Virus record (IMG/VR): IMGVR_UViG_3300020247_000249
Strand: one strand, 5' to 3'
DNA from: an uncultured virus (IMG/VR IMGVR_UViG_3300020247_000249)
Taxonomy: Duplodnaviria > Heunggongvirae > Uroviricota > Caudoviricetes
DNA length: 57,744 bases
Shown: positions 37,598 through 44,262 of the stretch, piece by piece
How the letters are laid out: every line of letters starts with the position of its first letter
Position numbering within the stretch: the stretch's first letter is position 1
The notes under the pieces: generated by a model
The model's database searches: none
Told to the model about the DNA's origin: nothing
The model's input: the letters and a program-made list of their open reading frames with translations, nothing else
Program-made: the position numbers and the translations under genes

Positions 37598-37954
37598 ATG
37601 AGCGAGAGTAGACAACTATTAGGTCCTGTAACTTCAATTGTATCTGATTCAGCATATACATATGGTGATAAGAAAAAAGGTGCAGGATATCATAAAAACA
37701 ATGACGGTGTGCATACAGTTGCGTACTATGTCAATGCCTTTCAAGGTACTATTAAAGTACAAGGCACACTAGCAGAAGAGCCAGGTGAGAATGACTGGGT
37801 AGATGTAATAGAATGGGGTGGTGATAGTACTTATTACGGCCAAGGAATAGAAGATTACATAGGCACACAGACGTTTACAGGCAAGTTTATATGGCTAAGA
37901 GCAGGTCATAACGTTCAAGACGGGCAAATAGTCCAGGTCCTTTATAACTACTAA
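37598..37954 (+). CDS. Hypothetical late protein (beta-sandwich, likely virion)
   Basis: TAAATA-GTAAT-ATG leaderless late start; FTGKFIWLRA. Confidence 0.75.
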   Translation: MSESRQLLGPVTSIVSDSAYTYGDKKKGAGYHKNNDGVHTVAYYVNAFQGTIKVQGTLAEEPGENDWVDVIEWGGDSTYYGQGIEDYIGTQTFTGKFIWLRAGHNVQDGQIVQVLYNY

Positions 37955-38004
37955 GTTTGATTAATAACGCTAAATACAGTATAATCTTGTAAAGAGAGGA
38001 TACT

Positions 38005-38385
38005 ATGCGCGATCTATTGAAAAAACTAGAGTCAATTGAAACAGTAACAGAGATCAGTGATCTCGAAGAACAAACATTTAATGGTGAAGAATTCTTTGAA
38101 TACTATGGCTATTTGCCATGGCACGAAGATGTTCCCGTTGAAGAAGCAGAATACCAAGGACGTAAAGTATCGCTAGGTAAACCAATGCGTGGCGATGTTA
38201 AGAAATTCAAAGTATATGTAAGAGATCCCAAAACTAAAAATATTAAAAAAGTAAACTTTGGTGATCCTAATATGCGTATTAAAAAGTCTAACCCAAAGAG
38301 ACGTAAAAGTTTCCGTGCTAGACACAATTGTTCAAACCCAGGACCACGTACTAAAGCACGTTACTGGTCATGTAGGAAATGGTAA
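38005..38385 (+). CDS. Probable internal head protein: acidic propeptide plus basic module (DUF6321-like)
   Basis: TAAATA at 37971; VEE-AEYQGRKV...SFRARHNC...ARYWSCRKW. Confidence 0.8.
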   Translation: MRDLLKKLESIETVTEISDLEEQTFNGEEFFEYYGYLPWHEDVPVEEAEYQGRKVSLGKPMRGDVKKFKVYVRDPKTKNIKKVNFGDPNMRIKKSNPKRRKSFRARHNCSNPGPRTKARYWSCRKW

Positions 38386-38386
38386 T

Positions 38387-38725
38387 ATGTTATTAAAAGA
38401 ACTTTTCTCTCCTATCGGTGCCCCTAATGATAAAGAAGATGATATTAACTGGCACGACGATTTGAAAGTGTTTATGGACAATGACAATGAAGTTATGTCT
38501 ACTGTAATGTTTCCAGCAATTAAGAAACATGAAAAATACAGAGGACATCCAAATGCTTATAAAATTTATATAAAGCCTGTGGAAAAATGTTGTGATATGT
38601 ATTGCAACAAATTTGGTGTCGATAAACCAGAAGAAAAGTTTTCTAGAGAAAACATGATTTCATTAGCAAGACAAATTGCTAAAGAGCAAGAGATGCATTT
38701 AGAGAACGGCGACTATGAGAATTAA
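38387..38725 (+). CDS. Probable head-associated protein
   Basis: TAATATG coupling; N-terminus MLLKELF. Confidence 0.75.
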   Translation: MLLKELFSPIGAPNDKEDDINWHDDLKVFMDNDNEVMSTVMFPAIKKHEKYRGHPNAYKIYIKPVEKCCDMYCNKFGVDKPEEKFSRENMISLARQIAKEQEMHLENGDYEN

Positions 38726-39335
38726 TGAAATATTTTTAACTGAAGATGATGCCGATAAGCATATGACTTTTTGCTTTGGCAGATTCAATCCACCTACACT
38801 TGGACATAAAGAAGTTTTTAAGTCAATGAAGAAAGCTGGTGGCGAATTAGAAATATATACTAGCCAAACACAAGACGCAAAAAAGAATCCTTTAGACTAT
38901 TCAACCAAAGTAGACTTTATTAGAAAAGTACATCCTGACTTTGCAAACAACGTTGTAGAAAACACAGACTTGAATACACTACCTAAAATTTGTACTTCAT
39001 TACATGAAAGAGGTTACAATCATATAACATTTGTTGCAGGAAGTGATCGTCTTGAGATGATGTCTAAACTTATAAAAGATTATAACGGTGTCGAAGGAAA
39101 AGGACACGGTTACTATAAATTTGAAACAATGAATTTTGAATCTAGCGGACAACGTGAAGATGGTTCAGATGGCGTAGAAGGTATTAGTGGAACAATGGCA
39201 AGAGCCGATGCTGCTAACGGAGACATAAACAAATTTGCACAACATACCGGTGCAGGAGAACATGCAGATGAATTATACGCTGCGGTTAGAAAAGGTATGG
39301 GGATCAATGATAACACAGGGGAAAATGATGAATAA
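38715..39335 (+). CDS. Cytidyltransferase/NMNAT-like nucleotidyltransferase with capsid-targeting-like N-terminus
   Basis: FGRFNPPTLGH, KNPL, VAGSDR, ISGT.AR; MRINEIFLTE. Confidence 0.82.
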   Translation: MRINEIFLTEDDADKHMTFCFGRFNPPTLGHKEVFKSMKKAGGELEIYTSQTQDAKKNPLDYSTKVDFIRKVHPDFANNVVENTDLNTLPKICTSLHERGYNHITFVAGSDRLEMMSKLIKDYNGVEGKGHGYYKFETMNFESSGQREDGSDGVEGISGTMARADAANGDINKFAQHTGAGEHADELYAAVRKGMGINDNTGENDE

Positions 39336-39831
39336 AGAATCAGCATATGATCATCCACATGGAGCGAAGCTATCTCGTATCGGCAGAGTTCTTATGGACA
39401 AGGCTGTCACTACTAAAGACGATGCATTATCATTAGTGCTTTCAAGAGTAGGTGACGAACTAACACGCTATGGTGCGCCAGGCGGAGCAAGAAATATTGA
39501 AGAACTAGTTAAACGTTGTAAACTGCCACAAGAAAAAATTATGAAATTAATGAAGTGGGCAGAAAGTCAAAAGGACGTTTTAGACAAAGTTAAAAATCCA
39601 CCTGATAATCCAGACATGGATAAACCAGGACACGAGGAAGAAGAATCATTTTGTCCAGAATGTGCTAAGCCAAGATTCACAGCAATGCCAGAGCATATTC
39701 AACAACAGTACGAAAGCATCAACGAAGAAAAGCAAAAAGGCGTTGACGGCAAAGTATGTTGGAAAGGATATAAAAGAATGGGCACCAAGAAGAAGGGTGG
39801 CAAAACAGTAGACAACTGCGTTAAGATGTAA
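39328..39831 (+). CDS. Modular probable head protein
   Basis: Contains FCPEC and the C-terminal INE-EKQKGVDGKVCWKGYKRMGTKKKGGKTVDNCVKM module. Confidence 0.75.
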   Translation: MNKESAYDHPHGAKLSRIGRVLMDKAVTTKDDALSLVLSRVGDELTRYGAPGGARNIEELVKRCKLPQEKIMKLMKWAESQKDVLDKVKNPPDNPDMDKPGHEEEESFCPECAKPRFTAMPEHIQQQYESINEEKQKGVDGKVCWKGYKRMGTKKKGGKTVDNCVKM

Positions 39832-40031
39832 TGTCTGAATTAGACGATATTGTTAGACTTGCCGGTATAAATGAATTCAAAGGTTACACACCTTGGGAAG
39901 GCAGCAATATTAGTATTAGTGGTAATGAAAAGGGAGAACTAATGAAGAAGCATAAGATTGAACCAGGCACCCCTGAATGGTTTAAGTTATGGTTTTCATT
40001 ACCTAAGTTCACAGGTGAGAAACCGATATGA
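39831..40031 (+). CDS. Small probable head protein
   Basis: IVRLAGINE; IEPGTPEWFKLWF. Confidence 0.75.
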   Translation: MSELDDIVRLAGINEFKGYTPWEGSNISISGNEKGELMKKHKIEPGTPEWFKLWFSLPKFTGEKPI

Positions 40032-41122
40032 GATCATTTGAATTTGTATCTGAAAAAGCAGTAAGCAAAAAGCAACAGCAGTTCTTTGGTATAGTAAGAG
40101 CTATGCAAAAGGGCGACATGAAAAAAGGCGGCGAAGCCGGTGAAGTTGCTAAAGATATGAAAGTTTCTGATGTAAAGGACTTTGCTAAAACAAAGCATAA
40201 AGGATTGCCTACAAAGAAAACATCTGAAGAAGCAGCAGGTGTTGGTATCGTAACAAAACAAAATGCTACCGCAGACGTTCCAGTTGGCGGAGAGTATATG
40301 AATGTTAAGAAACTGTTTCCTAAAAACAAAAAGAAAAAAACTAAAGAAGACAGTGTACAAGAACTTGTTGTAAAACAGCAACGTCCTAAAATTGATGTTA
40401 TTAATAACATAGCAATGAGAAAAGATAATAATCCTTTTCCGTTAAGTTATAAAGATACAGGCGGTGCAAGTTCAGGCGGCATGGTATACATTACTCCAGA
40501 AAATGCTAAAAAGTTTATACAGTTTTATGATAGACGTGCAGAAGACGAACAGCAACTAATGCTACAGGCACTAAAAAGTGTTTCAGGCTTAAAAAACTTG
40601 TTTAACAATCTTGGACTTGAAGTTGCAAAAATTGAAGCAACAAAAGAAGAAAATTACGAAAGAGAAGATTTACCCCAAATTAAAAATAAGCACCTAGAAC
40701 ATATTAGACATACTGTAGAGACAGTAGAGATCGGTGACATTATTCCAGTACAAAATGAATTTGTTCTTGAAAATTTTAAAAAGCAAATAGATAAAATTTC
40801 AGAAGGTTCATATGCTCCTATTATTGTAGATTGCAATAACAAAATTATCAACGGACATCATAGATATGCTGCATTACAAATGCTAGGTGAAACTAATGTA
40901 AACGTTGCTAAATTGTTTTTAACTGTAAATGCAGTAGTTGAAAACTTTGCTGACGGTAAAAAGAAAGGCAAAAGCAGACCAGGACGAGTAAAGAAGTCTG
41001 GTGCTAGTTGTAACGGATCAGTTACAAGCCTACGTAAAAAAGCAAAGAATGCAGGTGGTGAAAAAGGTAGAATGTATCACTGGTGTGCTAATATGAAATC
41101 AGGTCGTAAAAAGGGTAAATAG
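40028..41122 (+). CDS. Modular probable head polyprotein containing a ParB/Srx-like domain
   Basis: MRSFEFVSE N-terminus; modules bounded by xxE; PIIVD...INGHHRYAA ParB motif. Confidence 0.8.
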   Translation: MRSFEFVSEKAVSKKQQQFFGIVRAMQKGDMKKGGEAGEVAKDMKVSDVKDFAKTKHKGLPTKKTSEEAAGVGIVTKQNATADVPVGGEYMNVKKLFPKNKKKKTKEDSVQELVVKQQRPKIDVINNIAMRKDNNPFPLSYKDTGGASSGGMVYITPENAKKFIQFYDRRAEDEQQLMLQALKSVSGLKNLFNNLGLEVAKIEATKEENYEREDLPQIKNKHLEHIRHTVETVEIGDIIPVQNEFVLENFKKQIDKISEGSYAPIIVDCNNKIINGHHRYAALQMLGETNVNVAKLFLTVNAVVENFADGKKKGKSRPGRVKKSGASCNGSVTSLRKKAKNAGGEKGRMYHWCANMKSGRKKGK

Positions 41123-41126
41123 TAAT

Positions 41127-41417
41127 ATGAAACTTAATGAATTATTCAATGCCATTGAGCAAAATAAAAAGAGAATGGAATCTGCTACAGCAGGTGCTAC
41201 AGCTTCTGGCAATATAGCAACAGTTGTAAGTCCACAACTTGCTATAGGAAAAGGCTCAATTGGTAATAAAAGTTATACAGGTTCTCCAGGAAAAAGCGGT
41301 ACAAGTGCGCCTAAACCGCCTAAAACTGTGCAGAAGAAGAAAAAAGACGGCACAGCAGTAAATGCACTAGACATGAAAGGAAACATTTTTGGTGGCGGCG
41401 CTGCGCTCAAAAGATAA
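41127..41417 (+). CDS. Small probable head protein
   Basis: TAAATA-N5-ATG; MKLNELF...RME-SATAGATASGNIA. Confidence 0.75.
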   Translation: MKLNELFNAIEQNKKRMESATAGATASGNIATVVSPQLAIGKGSIGNKSYTGSPGKSGTSAPKPPKTVQKKKKDGTAVNALDMKGNIFGGGAALKR

Positions 41418-41425
41418 ATATTAGT

Positions 41426-41716
41426 ATGGAAAAGAAGCCCGATCATGAAGCCACAATGGCAAAAGCAGAATTAGCAAACGTTGCTAAGAACGCCATTGCG
41501 CTATATAAAATGATTGAGCCAGGCGACGAATTACAAGGTTGGATTAGCAGTTATATTACTCTATCTAACGATTACTTAGATTCTGTTCGTGAAAGAATGG
41601 AGTATGAGATTCAGGCAGATAATGCTATGAATAAAGGAGAACGAGAATACGAAGCTGGGACTTGCGAAAGTATTCGAGATAAACTAACAACAGAGTGGGA
41701 GCTCTTAAAAGGATAG
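41426..41716 (+). CDS. Hypothetical late protein
   Basis: TAAATA-N5-ATG; DHEATMAKAEL...LQGWISSYIT. Confidence 0.75.
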   Translation: MEKKPDHEATMAKAELANVAKNAIALYKMIEPGDELQGWISSYITLSNDYLDSVRERMEYEIQADNAMNKGEREYEAGTCESIRDKLTTEWELLKG

Positions 41717-41720
41717 CATC

Positions 41721-43139
41721 ATGGACTTTAGAAATTTATTAAACAAACTTCCAAGAGAGGAAGCAAAAAACGAAAACACATTTGACGGTACGCTAGAAAG
41801 TATAGCAAGAGCCGCTAACGTTGATTATAAACCACAAGCAGTTGTATTTGAAGGTTATACAGATGACGAAGTTAGAGAACTTTGCCATTCAAAAGACCAC
41901 GATTGTGCAACAACTGTTAACCATCCATTATATGGTAAAGGTAAACCAGTTTACGAAAGTCATGCTATTCCAGATGACTACGGTAATGTTGAGTGGTACG
42001 ATGTACAATTTAAACACGGTGTAGAAAAGAAAGTTCCAGCAGCAGACATGGAAATTGTTACACTAGAAGAACACGGTGCTGCTAAACCTAAAAAGAAAAA
42101 AGCCAAAGAAGATGCTAAAGTTGAAAAAGATTCTAAGTCCAAAGAAGTAAAAGAATCAGATGACGAAGTTGCAAAAACTGTAAACGAAGAGCTATCCGAA
42201 AAAGACAAAGATACAGAATTTGCAGCATGGCTTAAGAAAACTCACAACAAAGATGTTGAAGGTTTGAAAGGCGATGAGTACGTTAAAGTATCTAAAGAGT
42301 TCCAATCATCTAAAAAGAAAGAAGAGTCATTTAGAGCTAAGTTCGATGACATGGTTGCTGAAGCAGGTAAGCCAGACTTTTTAGACTTAGACAAAGACGG
42401 CAACAAGAAAGAGCCAATGAAGAAAGCTGCTAAAGATGCTAAAGGCGGCAAGAAGTCAGGCAAAAAAGAAATGTCAGATAAGCAAAAGAAATTCTTCGGC
42501 AAAAAGAAAGAGTCAGTTGAAGAAGCAGCAGACGTAATTACAGCAGAAAAAATGCCTAAGAAGAAAGACATTTTAATGATGTGCAGCAAAGGTATGAAAG
42601 TAAATGAAATTTGCAAGAAGTATCCAAACTGTGATCAAAAGAAATTAAAAGAGATGTGCGAAGCATGTATGTCTGAAGTTAAAGCAAAGAAAACTAACGA
42701 GTCAGTTAACGAAGCAAAAGACGGCAAGATGCCATCCAAAGCACACATAAAGAAAATGTGTAAAGACGGTAAGTCTAAAGCAGAAATTTGCAAAATGCAT
42801 CCAGACTGTGATCAAAAGAAATTAAAAGACATGATCGACGATTGCAAAAAAGACATGAAAGAATCAGTTAACGAGTCAGTTGAAGTTATTAAAGATCCTT
42901 CAAACATGTCATTTGTTGAAATGCTAAAACTTGTAAAAGAAAGCGGTGGACAACAGCAAATTGATCCAGTTGACGAAACACTTTGGAACTGGGCTCAAAG
43001 AGTTGCTACTTCAAAAGTTGAAGAGTCAAACAAAGCAGAAATTTTTGCAGGATTGATTTACGAGCGTAACGGTGGACGTTTTGAAATGTATGACGTTATG
43101 GACGAAGACGGACTTACTGAGTCAAAAAAAAAGGACTGA
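41721..43139 (+). CDS. Large Lys/Glu-rich modular probable head protein (0-frame product)
   Basis: Many VxE/ESVNE junctions; KPDFLDLDKDGNKKE EF-hand-like loop; duplicated 4-Cys module. Confidence 0.85.
   Translation: MDFRNLLNKLPREEAKNENTFDGTLESIARAANVDYKPQAVVFEGYTDDEVRELCHSKDHDCATTVNHPLYGKGKPVYESHAIPDDYGNVEWYDVQFKHGVEKKVPAADMEIVTLEEHGAAKPKKKKAKEDAKVEKDSKSKEVKESDDEVAKTVNEELSEKDKDTEFAAWLKKTHNKDVEGLKGDEYVKVSKEFQSSKKKEESFRAKFDDMVAEAGKPDFLDLDKDGNKKEPMKKAAKDAKGGKKSGKKEMSDKQKKFFGKKKESVEEAADVITAEKMPKKKDILMMCSKGMKVNEICKKYPNCDQKKLKEMCEACMSEVKAKKTNESVNEAKDGKMPSKAHIKKMCKDGKSKAEICKMHPDCDQKKLKDMIDDCKKDMKESVNESVEVIKDPSNMSFVEMLKLVKESGGQQQIDPVDETLWNWAQRVATSKVEESNKAEIFAGLIYERNGGRFEMYDVMDEDGLTESKKKD
42552..42890 (+). 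repeat. Intragenic duplication of a Cys-rich module (177-nt period)
   Basis: ACTGTGATCAAAAGAAATTAAAAGA at 42628 and 42805; KMP....I..MC..G....EICK..P.CDQKKLK.M...C occurs twice. Confidence 0.85.
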
Positions 43140-43166
43140 GTGAAGCAAAAGCAGGCTATTGCTCAG
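43124..43166 (+). other. Candidate -1 frameshift / slippage signal (A9G run plus downstream stem-loop)
   Basis: TCA AAA AAA AAG; hairpin CTGAGTGAAGC/GCTATTGCTCAG at 43136-43166. Confidence 0.65.
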
Positions 43167-43249
43167 ATGAGTGTTGCGGTGCAGATGTAAAAGCAGCAGA
43201 CTGTAATTGCAAACCGACTTGTAAGCATTGTGATTGTAATGCAAAATAA
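43124..43249 (+). CDS. -1-frame C-terminal extension encoding a metallothionein-like peptide
   Basis: KKKGLSEAKAGYCSDECCGADVKAADCNCKPTCKHCDCNAK*; no start codon of its own (in-frame TGA at 43118). Confidence 0.7.
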   Translation, partial: KKKGLSEAKAGYCSDECCGADVKAADCNCKPTCKHCDCNAK

Positions 43250-43277
43250 GTAAAAAGAATTAACCAAAATTAAACTA

Positions 43278-43308
43278 AAGCCAGTTATTAACTTGACTGG
43301 CTTTTTTT
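43278..43308 (+). terminator. Rho-independent terminator closing the head-protein cluster
   Basis: AAGCCAGTTA-loop-TGACTGGCTT followed by a T-tract. Confidence 0.85.
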
Positions 43309-43321
43309 ATGACTATATAAT
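43293..43321 (+). promoter_or_regulatory. Sigma70 promoter whose -35 lies in the terminator stem
   Basis: TTGACT-N17-TATAAT. Confidence 0.75.
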
Positions 43322-43346
43322 AGTACTTCAACCAGGAGAATAATTT

Positions 43347-43625
43347 ATGTCAAAAATGTACGGGCCAGAAGAAAAGGCTAAACTAGAGAGATTGATCAAA
43401 GAAGGTTCAAATGTTCTACGTGAAGTAGAGGATCTTAATGAAGGTCTTAAGGATACTGTAAAAGCAGTAGCAGAAGAACTACAGATCAAACCATCAGTAA
43501 TTAATAAAGCAATTAAAATTGCTCACAAAGACGATTGGGCTAAACACTTAGAAGAGTGGGAAGACATCGAAGGCATTCTTGGAATCACAAATAATTTACC
43601 GTCCGGTAATACCGAGAGTGAATAA
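43347..43625 (+). CDS. dsDNA-binding protein, T4 DsbA/GapR-like
   Basis: KLERLIKEG...VEDLNEGLKDTVKAVAEELQIKPSVINKAIKIA; SD AGGAG. Confidence 0.7.
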   Translation: MSKMYGPEEKAKLERLIKEGSNVLREVEDLNEGLKDTVKAVAEELQIKPSVINKAIKIAHKDDWAKHLEEWEDIEGILGITNNLPSGNTESE

Positions 43626-43907
43626 TTGGAAAAGATAAAACACTTTTGGATAGACAGTTATAAGTCTGACACCACAGCATTTGGTTTTGAGCTAGTTAGT
43701 TTTATCTTTACAGTAATAGCAAGTCTAACACTTGCTTTTAATGCACAAGATCCAAATATGGTTATTATATATCCATTTTTCTTTGTAGGTAGTGTAACAC
43801 AGTGCTACGCATCAGTAAGACGTGGTGCTGCTTGGGTTATGCTACTAACAGGGTACTTTGCATGTATAAACGTTTTTGGCTTTCTTGTTGCACTTAATAT
43901 AATTTAG
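43626..43907 (+). CDS. Small 3-TM membrane protein
   Basis: TTG start; hydrophobic. Confidence 0.7.
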   Translation: MEKIKHFWIDSYKSDTTAFGFELVSFIFTVIASLTLAFNAQDPNMVIIYPFFFVGSVTQCYASVRRGAAWVMLLTGYFACINVFGFLVALNII

Positions 43908-43910
43908 TAC

Positions 43911-43939
43911 TTGACATTAACCTAAAAATATCGTATAAT
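43911..43939 (+). promoter_or_regulatory. Sigma70 promoter, leaderless
   Basis: TTGACA-N17-TATAAT-N6-ATG(43946). Confidence 0.8.
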
Positions 43940-43945
43940 ACATGT

Positions 43946-44170
43946 ATGATATTAAAATCAGATATATTTTTAAAATGGACTGCCACGGTTATTCTAATAC
44001 TTGGCACAGGCATTAATGCTTTAGGATTTTATCCTGCAGGGCCTGTTGTATTAGTACTTGGTAGTTTCATTTGGTTAATCGTAAGTTGTATGTGGAACGA
44101 ACCTGCACTAATTGTAACTAACCTTACATTAGCATTAGTTGGTGTAGCCGGTTTACTATACACACTGTAA
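43946..44170 (+). CDS. Small 3-TM membrane protein
   Basis: LKWTAT...YP...W...W.EPALIVTN. Confidence 0.75.
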   Translation: MILKSDIFLKWTATVILILGTGINALGFYPAGPVVLVLGSFIWLIVSCMWNEPALIVTNLTLALVGVAGLLYTL

Positions 44171-44195
44171 GTAGAAAGATAAGTATTAATGAAGA

Positions 44196-44257
44196 AGGTA
44201 ATCGCAGGCCACAAACTGCTTATTAGGTACTTGTCAGCCAGAAGTGACATACAGGAG
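44196..44257 (+). promoter_or_regulatory. Tandem-hairpin leader of DNA polymerase (candidate translational operator)
   Basis: Two AGGTA + hairpin units with loops GCCACAAA and GCCAGAAG abutting the SD. Confidence 0.55.
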
Positions 44258-44262
44258 AAAAC

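Noticed and set aside
43137..43190. Stop-codon readthrough of TGA 43137, or an independent GTG-start ORF at 43140
   Set aside because: The 0-frame continuation gives only VKQKQAIAQMSVAVQM*, with no motif; the Cys-rich information is in the -1 frame
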